Shown: piece by piece, positions 1 through 9,246 of the stretch
How the letters are laid out: each line of letters starts with the position of its first letter
How positions within the stretch are numbered: the stretch's first letter is position 1
Origin: Nitrospinaceae bacterium
GTDB taxonomy: Bacteria > Nitrospinota > Nitrospinia > Nitrospinales > Nitrospinaceae
NCBI GenBank assembly: GCA_965223665.1
Contig: OZ245011.1
Location: 2,176,001 to 2,240,000, forward strand
Reading direction: 5' to 3'
DNA length: 64,000 nucleotides
Made by a program: the position numbers and the translations under genes
Notes under the pieces: generated by a model
Told to the model about the DNA's origin: nothing
What the model saw: the letters and a program-made list of their open reading frames with translations, nothing else
The model's database searches: none

Positions 1-1
1 C

Positions 2-2293
2 GATGCGCTCTCTTGCGATCACCGCTCCCGAAGGATCTTTCACCGGTTTTAAAGTTCGATCGCTGGAAAACTTTTCCAGGAACATCCGACCCAGGTTTTC
101 CCGTGTAATCAGAATTCCCTTCCTCTTCAATTCCCTTCGCATCGCCCCCAGGGTCGGTCCCGGCAGAGAATCAATATCTCGGACTCTCACCTTTTTGTCA
201 TCCACCCAAACATAAGCCAATGGTTTCTGTTCTTCATCTAACTCGGAATAAAATTTGCCGGGCCCTATATGGTGCAACCCCTCCAAATGCACCCGATCGT
301 TCAGTAAACTTTCCGCAAAAAATCTCTGGTCGCTTTCCGTAAACTTTGGACCCGCTTTTCTTTTGATACGGGCAAACTCTTTTTGCAAAGTATGCTTCGC
401 AGTATCAATCGATTCTTTAGGAACCAGGGAAATTAAAGGAACGGTTTCAAGGGAGTGTTCAAACATCTCATTGAAAGCATTTGGATCGACTGCGTTAATA
501 ATCTGAGTCCATTCATTATAATTTTTTTCATTCAATTGAGATTTCACCCAGTCATTCAGTTGAGATTCTGTATAGTTATACTCCGATTGAATTGCAAGAG
601 GCACAATAGTCTTCATCATATGGGCAAACCCAACCTCCTGATAATTGTCCCCAATGTCTTCCTTTTCAAGCCTCCTTGCAATTGCCTGCACCAGATTGAT
701 TTTCTTTTGATACTGCTCCTTCACTCTTTGTCGATCCGCAACATTTTGCAGCTGACCCGGATTCTAGATCAGCCGATGGTCTTCCTGCATTCCATTTAAA
801 AATTCTGAAAGGACCGGGTCAAATTTATTGTATTGATGAACACCGGAGCCGAAGTACAGGGAAAACTTATTCTGCAGATTCGGGTTATCCGACGTGGCCA
901 AATCCATCAAAGGCTTATAAGCGTTTGCCTCCTTTTGCAGTTTGAGTAACAACTCATCTCTTTTCCGGTTCGCATTGTTTTGCTCAGAAGTTCCCCCTGC
1001 CGGAACAGCTCCCTGTGTAAAATCCTCCGGGTTGATTTCCGTCGACAGTGAAACCGGTTGGCCTCGGTCCACGGCCAATTCAGCATGACCGGTAGCTTCA
1101 GGGGAAAGCGGGGGTTGTGTACCTTTCAACCGGAACTCGATAATTTCTTCCAAAGCCTCTTGGGTTTCTTTACTGACGAGAGGCCATTCCGATCGCTTTT
1201 TCAAATCGGTCAACGAGGGAACTACCGGGCTTTCGGCAGCAAATTGAAACAAGGATTCCTCATTCTCGTATTTGGCGGTATATTCTTTTAACGTGTTTGT
1301 GTATTGTTGGTGATCCCTTAACTTTTCAGTCATCTTCCGTTCTTACGGATCGTCAATATTCCGGAGAGCTTCCTGTTGTTCTTCCTCCGTCAGGGACTCC
1401 AGCGCTGCCACATTGTGCTGGGCTTTATTCATCACCACCTGCTCCCGGATTCTCGCTTCGAGTGGTTCCGTATCGTTCGTTTTAAATTCTTTTTTATGCG
1501 CGGTAAAATATTCCTGCGCTTCTTCAGGTTGTTCGGATTTCAACATACTTTCAATCACCGTCAGGTTCACCCGCTCCAACACTTTTCCCTTTTCCGCAGC
1601 GACCCGTTCATCGCTCAATCCCATCGAAACCTGCAACATTTCAATGGAGCGGTTGATGACCTCAATTTCATCTTCGATCACTTGAGAATCTAAAGGATTT
1701 TTTCGAATCGATTCCAGAGAGGTGCGCGCCGTGTTCTGGTGATTTTGAATTACAGACCGTTTCCATTGCACTTCTTCATAGTCCCGCATTCCATCCAACA
1801 ACCGGGAAATTTTCTTTTCCAGAATCGGTTGGTATTCTTCGCGCAAATACTGCGGCATCTCGGCAAAACCTTTTCGTAGAGCCTGGAAATTTTCCGAGGA
1901 CGAATCCAACTGATACGTTTCCAACAGTTCCGGATCCGGGTCTGCAAAGTCTACGGGTGTTCCATCGGAAGGCTGATCCAACAAAGTTATAAATCTTTGA
2001 AACGCGTGTGCGAACCCGAAACTCTTTTCACCTTTTAACGACGCCATGCCCTCACGCACCTCACCCGCGGCCCCGGTGAGCGCTTTCTCCATTTTCATGA
2101 TCGATTGAGTATCACGCCGCTGTCGCTGCACATCCATGAACACCGCCGCTTCGCCCAGGGTGTTGCTGAGCGCATCCAGGTTACGCACTTTCGCTCCGCC
2201 AACCAGTTCCGGAGTCACATTCAATCGCAACTCCCCGCCCCCTAACGACTGCGGCTGTATTGTCGGATTATTAAGATGAGGTATTTTTGGCAT
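2..2293 (-). pseudogene. Phage internal virion/ejection-like protein (>760 codons, runs off the left edge), interrupted by two in-frame stops
   Basis: ORFs 1343..2302 and 764..1333 and an open frame 763..2 are all in one frame. TAA at 1343-1345 reads ...NIDDP*ERKMTEK and TAG at 764-766 reads ...HRLI*NPGQLQ. The MPKIP start (ATG 2293) and helical, charged composition resemble podovirus internal virion proteins (inference from context). Confidence 0.6.
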
Positions 2294-2325
2294 TAAGGTC
2301 ACCTGAGTTGAAAGTTTTATTCATT

Positions 2326-4452
2326 TTATTTTTTACTTTGAGTATTGGGTTTACTTTTTCCTTGAGAAGATCGAAACTCGTCTAATGAAATTTTCCCAAC
2401 CGGATTACTCGGATTAAATTCAACAGCATCGATTAATTTTCCATCCTCGAGGAAATAAAATACATAATCCTCAAGTGATATCTCTACTCGCGTTCCCTGC
2501 TTTAAATTATCTAGTTCCTCGGAAAGACCAGGAAGAAAGTTATCCAATTTTTTCTTTGCAGTTCCATTTTCTCTAATATAATTTTTAAACCGATCTCCTT
2601 CTATTGAAACCGTTCCCATCTCATTTTTTTCGCCCAAATCAGAAATAAATTCTTTGAATTTTTCGGGATACTTTTCTCTCGCTTTTGAATTTCTGATTAT
2701 TAAAAGTAAGGTGATCTGAAAGTTATTAGAGTTTATCTTTTTTAATCTTTGGCTGGCCGTTTCTGACTTTGAGCCTGTTATTGAGGGAGTATTTGATGGA
2801 TTTGCAGCGTCCCGTTGTATTTTTTCTACTTGTTTTTTTAATTGGCCTTTGAGAGGAACCGTAACAGGTGCCGTGGTCACTCCTTTTTTAAAGCCTTTCT
2901 TTGCCGCTTTTATCGCACGTATCAACAAATCATTAACATTTTTTTCAGACGAGAACGAAGTTCCTCTCTTTGCCAGAGTTCCATCCTCCTCAGCTCCTAA
3001 AATGATTCCCAAATCTTCCGCCCCGGCGGTTAATAGTTCATTCACCGTAGTTTTTTCGGTTCCTTCCAGGGTTTCCATTGCAATGTTTTTGAGTAATGTA
3101 CGTGCTTTGCGTCCCTTATTAGAGGCTAAATAAGTTTTTAATTCTTCTAAGAGTACATTTTTGGTGGCCTCTCCGATGCGTTTTGAAGCCACTCCCCCGG
3201 GAATCAAATCAAACCCTGTCATGAGAAAGGCCATCCCCTCCGCCACCTCTTTCGCCACATCTCGTTTAATGCCTCCCATTATCAAATCGACTACGAGGAT
3301 GCCGCGTTGCATTTTCCAGTTATCTCTGGCACTGACCACCTTGTAAGTAATTCCCGCTGCGGTAAGACCCGCAGGTAAGGCCAATGGCCCCGTCTCCGCA
3401 GCTGCGAATGCGCCAATCGCAAATCCCGCTCCTACCTGTTGGTCTATTCGAAGCCATTGCTGTCCCCAATCAATGAACGTACTTATTCCTAAATTAGCCA
3501 GACTGTCCGGGCCTTGGTTAAAAGCAATATGATTATTGAGGTTTTCTACTTCTTTTTTTATTTTTATCAACTCTTCTTCAGAAATATCACCCTCAAAAAA
3601 TCTGTTCCCAATTTCCGATTTTTTAAAATTTAGAGACGATACCTCGTTAGCCTTTTTAGCCAAGTCCCAAAAGGCTTCCATTCCGGATAAATGTTTTAGT
3701 TCCTCCAGGGAAAGAGAGTTTGGCGGCAAGCTTTTATAAAATTCTTTAGTAAGTTGAAATAATTTCAATATGTGTGTCGTTTCTAATTCTTCATATTTTT
3801 GTTTCGCCATTTCCGGAAGGCTCAAAACTTTAGACAATTTCCACTTTGTCCTACGCTGATATTTTTCTACATTCCTGACATATTTTTCAGCGTCTTCCTC
3901 GGACAGTTGGGGTTCCCATTTTTTTACCAAGGAGCGGATTTTATCTAATCTTTCCTGATCTGACTCTTTCCTACCCTCTAACCACGGGGACAGAAACTCA
4001 AGAAGCGGATCGTTATTATTCTGTTTTTCTGAAGCACCTTCAAGGAGACCGTTCGGCTCTTCTTTTTCTCCTGATAAATTCCCTGCAGAAGCGGAACTGG
4101 AACTTTCGCTAGTCATTGCGCCCTGTCCCGCCTGGGCCAGCAGGGTGCCTGCAGAAGGATCGGGCGCAGGGTCGGTTTCGCTGCTAGATGCCGGGTTTTC
4201 CTCGGTGAAGTTTGCCGGATCTGTCAAACCCTCTTCATCCCCTCCGCCTAAGAAATTAGAGGATTGGGAATTCTCCGGGTTTACCAGCGATGCCAGTTGA
4301 TTTGGATTCTCTTCGGATTCCAGCGAAGAATCGGAGGTGTCCAATTTCGACTCACTAACTCCGGCTTTCTGAGACGATGCCTTTCCTATGACCTTCCCGG
4401 ATGATGTGGGGTTTGCAGTTTTTATAGAATCCACCATAGAGCTTATACTCAT
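2326..4452 (-). CDS. Large phage-like protein, putative internal virion/ejection protein
   Basis: 708-aa ORF directly downstream of terL. Low-complexity Ser/Glu/Pro N-terminus and a Gly/Ala hydrophobic stretch (VGAGFAIGAFAAAETGPLALPAGLTAAG), as in ejection proteins. Confidence 0.55.
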   Translation of the reverse strand: MSISSMVDSIKTANPTSSGKVIGKASSQKAGVSESKLDTSDSSLESEENPNQLASLVNPENSQSSNFLGGGDEEGLTDPANFTEENPASSSETDPAPDPSAGTLLAQAGQGAMTSESSSSASAGNLSGEKEEPNGLLEGASEKQNNNDPLLEFLSPWLEGRKESDQERLDKIRSLVKKWEPQLSEEDAEKYVRNVEKYQRRTKWKLSKVLSLPEMAKQKYEELETTHILKLFQLTKEFYKSLPPNSLSLEELKHLSGMEAFWDLAKKANEVSSLNFKKSEIGNRFFEGDISEEELIKIKKEVENLNNHIAFNQGPDSLANLGISTFIDWGQQWLRIDQQVGAGFAIGAFAAAETGPLALPAGLTAAGITYKVVSARDNWKMQRGILVVDLIMGGIKRDVAKEVAEGMAFLMTGFDLIPGGVASKRIGEATKNVLLEELKTYLASNKGRKARTLLKNIAMETLEGTEKTTVNELLTAGAEDLGIILGAEEDGTLAKRGTSFSSEKNVNDLLIRAIKAAKKGFKKGVTTAPVTVPLKGQLKKQVEKIQRDAANPSNTPSITGSKSETASQRLKKINSNNFQITLLLIIRNSKAREKYPEKFKEFISDLGEKNEMGTVSIEGDRFKNYIRENGTAKKKLDNFLPGLSEELDNLKQGTRVEISLEDYVFYFLEDGKLIDAVEFNPSNPVGKISLDEFRSSQGKSKPNTQSKK

Positions 4453-4648
4453 AGCACCTTCCCTATCGCCGGAGTTCTTCGTTGAGTGTGCATGGGCGGA
4501 AAGTCCTCGCGATAATTTGTTTTAAGGGTTCGTCATTTAGTTTTAATTTTATTTTCCATGAAGATTAAGATCTCAATTAATATGGGTAAAAAAATTGGGA
4601 ATAGCAGGTTCTTCTGTTATTACGTAATTTCTAAAAACTATTAAGGAT

Positions 4649-6139
4649 TTAACTTTGAAAAATCTTTCTATTTTTTAATGCGTTGTAGTTTCGGCGTTCG
4701 TTTTGGGAGCCGGCGGTTCCAAAGGCGGACTTTTTAAACGCTACCGGATAGGCAAAGGTGAGTGCCAACGCATCGCCACGATTCGGCGAAGCCAGCCCGC
4801 GTTCCTTCATCTGCTCTTTACTTTCCAGTTGAATTTTTCCATCGGGTCTTGGTACGGTTTCGGGTCCGATTAAATCCTGATACAACACATCATCTTTCGG
4901 AATTGCCCCGCCCTCCTGCAGCCATTTCTTAACACCGCCCCACATTTCGGCCCGCTTGTTTAAAAACCCTGCATCGTTCGCCTTCTCCCCAAACCATACC
5001 AACTGCCAGTTGCGCTGCATGGTTCTGCCGGCGCTCACTATACCTGTCCCATAACCGGCATCGACAAATACGGCATCGGCTTGAAGCTCGTCTTCCAACC
5101 GGGCAATGAGGTTGGCCACTTGAATATCGTTGTCGTTTTTGGGAATGGTCCGCAGTATTTTAAAATATAATCCCTGCCGCATGGCGATGACCAGTTCATC
5201 GTCGCCACCCCAGGCGGGATCGCAGGCAATAATCTTCGGCGCATAATTGTATTGCTCCGGTTTTAGATGCTTGCCCAGTGCCGCGTCCACCCACTCTGTT
5301 GAAATAAACTGCCTGGCCGAAACTGCGGGAAACATGCCGCGCACGCGGACTTTAACGAAATCCGAATCCTCTCCGTAATCGTCAATCCATTTTTGAATTT
5401 TGGCTTTGTTGGTGATGGCCACCTGTCGCGAGTCGATTTGATAACTTTTCCAACGGTGGCGAAAGCGTCGCCAGCATTCGCGGAAGCGCCCGGTGTTGCG
5501 AGTGGGATTTCCAAACGCGGCCCAGATCATTTCGGTATCGCTGTCGGTGAGCGCGCCTTCGGACACCTCCCAAATTGCATCGGGAATGGCCGAGCCTTCA
5601 TCAAAGATGAGAAGAATCCGTTTGCCTTTATTGTGCAAGCCGGCAAACGCCTCGCTCCGTTTCTCCGACCAGGGAATAATATCCATGCGCCAGGTCTTGG
5701 CGTGATCAGGATCCACCGAATGATAACTGGTCGCTTCCAACTGGAAGAAACTTTTGTAAGCACTGAGGCGATGCCACTTTTCCAACTCCGCCCAGGTTTT
5801 GGTCTTCAATTGATTCTCTGTATTCGCGGTGACCACGCCGCGAGTGTCCACTTTGGTGGTCATGCCCCAGTCGATGACCCACGCCACCAGTGCAGATTTC
5901 CCGACACCATGTCCCGAGGCGACAGCAATTTGGATCGCTTCACCGGGAGTGAGCAACCCGTCGCGGATTTCTTTCAGCACTTGAATTTGCCACGGTTCGG
6001 GTCCGGTGTGATCTTTCAGTTCGCCTTCACCCCACGGGTAGGCAAACAAAACGTACGCGTAAGGGTCATGTTCGAACTCGGCGATGGCATCGATGAGTTG
6101 ATCGAGCGTTTCCAGTTCCTGTTCAATCACTGCTGGCAT
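4649..6139 (-). CDS. terL: Phage terminase large subunit
   Basis: Walker A VASGHGVGKS, Walker B LLIFDE, coupling motif GNPTR, nuclease motifs ACDPAWGGDD and SPNRGDALAL. Start taken at ATG 6139 (MPAVIEQ), which overlaps the terS end. Confidence 0.93.
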   Translation of the reverse strand: MPAVIEQELETLDQLIDAIAEFEHDPYAYVLFAYPWGEGELKDHTGPEPWQIQVLKEIRDGLLTPGEAIQIAVASGHGVGKSALVAWVIDWGMTTKVDTRGVVTANTENQLKTKTWAELEKWHRLSAYKSFFQLEATSYHSVDPDHAKTWRMDIIPWSEKRSEAFAGLHNKGKRILLIFDEGSAIPDAIWEVSEGALTDSDTEMIWAAFGNPTRNTGRFRECWRRFRHRWKSYQIDSRQVAITNKAKIQKWIDDYGEDSDFVKVRVRGMFPAVSARQFISTEWVDAALGKHLKPEQYNYAPKIIACDPAWGGDDELVIAMRQGLYFKILRTIPKNDNDIQVANLIARLEDELQADAVFVDAGYGTGIVSAGRTMQRNWQLVWFGEKANDAGFLNKRAEMWGGVKKWLQEGGAIPKDDVLYQDLIGPETVPRPDGKIQLESKEQMKERGLASPNRGDALALTFAYPVAFKKSAFGTAGSQNERRNYNALKNRKIFQS

Positions 6140-6647
6140 CTTTTGCTTTCTGCAAACGTTCGGCGATGCGGTCGGCAAGGCCGTGTTTAAAATCGACTTC
6201 GTGCTTTTGCACAAACATTCCCAGGTGGTCTGCCAGAATTTTTAAGGAACGAATTTTATCGTGAAGCTTGAACTTGATGGTGCTGCCTTTGTCGTTCAAG
6301 GTGGCGTTGATTTCAGCGACAGCGGCCATTTGTTCGCGGGACAGTTTATCTTTAGCAATCATCGTCGCTTCATGCGAGTTCCAGTCTAAGTAGTCCCCAA
6401 CATTGGCAAACGCGACGTTGACCAATTCATCGAGAACGCGATCCTGTGTGATCTCCGTTCGCTGCGACAATTTGGCCTTGCCTTTTTGAATCGCTTTCTG
6501 AATTTCCGGCAATGCCATAAGCTTCCCCACGTTGGGTCCGGCAAACTTTTTGGCGTATCCGGCGCGGATGTAGGCTTGCGTGGCATTTAAATCCACCAGG
6601 TACTCTTCCACAAACCGCTCCTGCTTTAACGATAATTTTTTAGCCAC
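6123..6647 (-). CDS. terS: Phage terminase small subunit
   Basis: N-terminus LSLKQERFVEEYLVDLNATQAYIRAGY is typical of Terminase_2; KLHDK motif; immediately upstream of terL. Confidence 0.92.
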   Translation of the reverse strand: MAKKLSLKQERFVEEYLVDLNATQAYIRAGYAKKFAGPNVGKLMALPEIQKAIQKGKAKLSQRTEITQDRVLDELVNVAFANVGDYLDWNSHEATMIAKDKLSREQMAAVAEINATLNDKGSTIKFKLHDKIRSLKILADHLGMFVQKHEVDFKHGLADRIAERLQKAKDASSD

Positions 6648-6699
6648 TGCTTTAACGTGAAATTGATGTGATATAATATTTAGTTATGAGACGGATCTT
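6637..6699. repeat. Divergent promoter/junction block, copy 1 (copies at ~8707-8769 and ~10617-10679)
   Basis: TTTTTAGCCACTGCTTTAACGTGAAATTGATGTGATATAATATTTrGTTATGAGACGGATCTT occurs three times, at offsets of 2070 and 1910 bp. Confidence 0.95.
6669..6677 (+). promoter_or_regulatory. Extended -10 promoter (TGnTATAAT) 8 nt before the ATG of the first secreted paralog
   Basis: TGATATAAT at 6669-6677 and ATG at 6686, with no Shine-Dalgarno. The same geometry occurs before 8756 and 10666, and as TGATAAAAT before 7199. Confidence 0.6.
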
Positions 6700-7165
6700 G
6701 ATTTTATTGATAGTTTTCGGCTTACTTATGAGTGGGCCACAAATCGTAAACGCTGCCGACCAGAATTACATTATTGAAAACTGCGATCGCGAGTACCTTT
6801 GGACGGAAATTTTGAAGGATATTCGTTGGCGCGCACTGGAAGAAGCTAAGTTTATTGAGGAACACATTCAACCTACCCCAAACCGTCCAAAACTTACAGA
6901 AAAGGACTTCCGGGACATCGATAAATTGGACAAAAAAATCCGTTGGTACGCCTCCGAATGTATTTTGCTGATGAAAGAGATCAATGAATTTATGAGTGCT
7001 ATTCATTCTAAAAAACCCAATATGGGTTCTGAACTGGCATTTGAAGTTGATGGTACTTTAAACAAGTTCGACATCCCTTTTTTTAGACATTTTGATCGAG
7101 AAAATGATTTTAAACCTTTTTTCGAATTTAAGTATTATCTTTATAAGCCTTCCGGAAAGCTTTAA
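6686..7165 (+). CDS. Secreted/periplasmic protein, putative SLT inhibitor (immunity paralog I1, orphan)
   Basis: Sec-type signal peptide (MRRILILLIVFGLLMSGPQIVNA), conserved ENC..W and SECILLMKEIN motifs, about 82% identical by manual count to 10666..11145. Confidence 0.8.
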   Translation: MRRILILLIVFGLLMSGPQIVNAADQNYIIENCDREYLWTEILKDIRWRALEEAKFIEEHIQPTPNRPKLTEKDFRDIDKLDKKIRWYASECILLMKEINEFMSAIHSKKPNMGSELAFEVDGTLNKFDIPFFRHFDRENDFKPFFEFKYYLYKPSGKL

Positions 7166-7198
7166 GATATTCTGCTACCTGTGATAAAATGCTTTGTT

Positions 7199-7687
7199 AT
7201 GAGACAAATCTTTTCGACAATTATGTGTTTATTTTTTTTAGTTGTCCTACCTCACATTGTCCACGCCGGAGATGGAGGTTATGATATTGAGAACTGCGAT
7301 CGGGGAAAAATTTGGCCATTAATTCTATCTGACATGAAACGCCTGGACCCTAAAACCGCAAATTATATTGATCAAAATATTCAACCCTCGAAAAAACGGC
7401 CCACCTTAACGGTGGCGGACTACAAAGAAATCGATAAATTTCCGGAACCCTATCGCAAAGATATTTCTGAATGCATTCTGCTGATGAAGGAAATCAATCA
7501 ACTGATCCTGACAATCCATAAGAAAGATACCGAAATATCAATAATAACTAGTCTTGATATTGAACAGTTCCTTGGCATGCATGAAATTCCATTTATTTAT
7601 TTATGGAATTCCCAAAAAAAACTCATCACCTTCACTTTTGATTTCACAACGGTGAAAACTTTATTGCTAGGTCGCGAAAGTTACTAG
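7199..7687 (+). CDS. Secreted protein, putative immunity paralog I2 (partner of SLT 7644..8681)
   Basis: Signal peptide MRQIFSTIMCLFFLVVLPHIVHA, ENC and SECILLMKEIN motifs, 44-bp 3' overlap with the convergent SLT gene. ATG 7199 is preferred over GTG 7181, which lies in the -10 element. Confidence 0.8.
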   Translation: MRQIFSTIMCLFFLVVLPHIVHAGDGGYDIENCDRGKIWPLILSDMKRLDPKTANYIDQNIQPSKKRPTLTVADYKEIDKFPEPYRKDISECILLMKEINQLILTIHKKDTEISIITSLDIEQFLGMHEIPFIYLWNSQKKLITFTFDFTTVKTLLLGRESY

Positions 7688-8681
7688 GCACCGGTTTCCC
7701 TTGCCTCACCAAATTTAAAACATACCTGAATTGCCTTAAATACTTTCTTGTTTGAAGCGGCATTTTCTTTTCTACCTTAGCAATTATCTCTTCATCTCCT
7801 TGGTTTCCTTTTATTAGGACATTTGTACGCGCCCTATTAATTGCTTCTATTCCTGCGTTATACTCCATGGCAACAAACCCTAAATAATCATCTGTGCCCT
7901 TCCACCTTCGGGCCATGTCTTTAAAAATGAGCCATTTGGCCGCTCGGACATTAGACGCAGGATCCTTAGTGATTTGAGTTTGCGTCAAATTTAACATAGC
8001 TGATTTTGTATTTACTATATCTCCCGCCGTTTTTGGCATTATCTGCATTAATTGTCTTGCCCCTTTAGAACTTGGTTGGTTATTTTTTCCAACATCGGTT
8101 TCTAAATGCGCAATAGTGATCAATATATCTCCCACATCTTTTTCAGAAAAGTCCTTGGGAATCTCCATTCCTGATTCGCCTGCAATGACACGAATCGATT
8201 TGTAGGTATTAGGAGCATAGTTTTTTACTCCTTTTTTTATATTGTTCTTAACAGTGGATGAGCTATCAAAAACTAAATTTGGTGTGTAATATTTAGAAGG
8301 ATCATATTTCGTTGCAGTCAATTTTTTAGGACTCTGGCCTTTCGGTGCGTTGACGAGGTTTTGCTGCATAGCCCAGTCCATTTGAGCGTTACCGCTGCCG
8401 AGGGCACTGGGACTTAATGGATGCGGTTTTGTATGATCCTCGGTGTTGTACAAAATACCGGGATCAATGGTCCTCTCCGATGGTGGCAGACTTCCCTCTG
8501 TGGTTAAACCTCCATTCAATAATGTTGGTCTTCGATTTCTTCGTCTTCCTCTTTGGGTGCCAACCCGGCGGTCATCCTTTTTTCCGGAGCCATCTCCGTA
8601 AAGAATTTCTGCCATCTCTTCCCATCTTTCCCGACTCGGGAGATTGGAACTACCATATCCGCTTAAATTAATTCTTCCCAT
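7644..8681 (-). CDS. Lytic transglycosylase (SLT domain) with conserved N-terminal leader, variant T1
   Basis: Catalytic Glu in AHLET, QLMQIMP, DPASNVRA, EYNAG, QTRKYL motifs. First ~115 aa nearly identical to T2 and T3. Confidence 0.88.
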   Translation of the reverse strand: MGRINLSGYGSSNLPSRERWEEMAEILYGDGSGKKDDRRVGTQRGRRRNRRPTLLNGGLTTEGSLPPSERTIDPGILYNTEDHTKPHPLSPSALGSGNAQMDWAMQQNLVNAPKGQSPKKLTATKYDPSKYYTPNLVFDSSSTVKNNIKKGVKNYAPNTYKSIRVIAGESGMEIPKDFSEKDVGDILITIAHLETDVGKNNQPSSKGARQLMQIMPKTAGDIVNTKSAMLNLTQTQITKDPASNVRAAKWLIFKDMARRWKGTDDYLGFVAMEYNAGIEAINRARTNVLIKGNQGDEEIIAKVEKKMPLQTRKYLRQFRYVLNLVRQGKPVPSNFRDLAIKFSPL

Positions 8682-8755
8682 TTTTTATCCTTGTTCTAAA
8701 AATAACTTTTTAGCCACTGCTTTAACGTGAAATTGATGTGATATAATATTTGGTT

Positions 8756-9229
8756 ATGAGACGGATCTTAATTATATTTGTAGTTGTTGGCTTATTTATA
8801 AGTGGACCACAAATCGGAAACGCTGCCGACCAGAATTACATTATTGAAAACTGCGACCGCTCTATATTGTGGCCAGCCATATTGAAAGACTTAGAAACTC
8901 GTGATCCTTCGGCATCCGATTTTGTTAAAAACAATGTTAAAATTCCAAAAGAAAAACCCAGATTGACAGCCGATGAATTAAAGCAAATTCAATATTTTGA
9001 TCCGAAATTACATTGGCATGTTTCGGAGTGCATATTGTTGATGAAAGAAATTAATCAATTTGTTTCTGCAGTACATAAGTTTGGATATTCAAGAAGTTGG
9101 GATGTATCAATGGAAATCGAAGGCACATTAAATATTTATGATATCCCTTTTATTTCCATATGGGATAAAACCAAAAAATTTGTATTCTTTGTCAATTTTT
9201 CAAAATTAAGGCCACATAAAAACTTTTAA
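8756..9229 (+). CDS. Secreted protein, putative immunity paralog I3 (orphan)
   Basis: Signal peptide and first ~34 codons essentially identical to I5, divergent afterwards; ENC and SECILL motifs. Confidence 0.8.
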   Translation: MRRILIIFVVVGLFISGPQIGNAADQNYIIENCDRSILWPAILKDLETRDPSASDFVKNNVKIPKEKPRLTADELKQIQYFDPKLHWHVSECILLMKEINQFVSAVHKFGYSRSWDVSMEIEGTLNIYDIPFISIWDKTKKFVFFVNFSKLRPHKNF

Positions 9230-9246
9230 AAATTTTCTCAATCATA

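Noticed and set aside
764-1345. Stop-codon reassignment in the phage region
   Set aside because: The two internal stops differ (TAA and TAG), and neighbouring genes use TAA, TAG and TGA as normal stops.
5393-6190. 265-aa plus-strand ORF and similar long antisense ORFs (e.g. 53071..53802, 22627..23151)
   Set aside because: These are shadows of well-supported genes on the opposite strand.
6140-6214. N-terminal extension of TerL given in the ORF track
   Set aside because: It lies inside terS; ATG 6139 gives the usual short terS/terL overlap.
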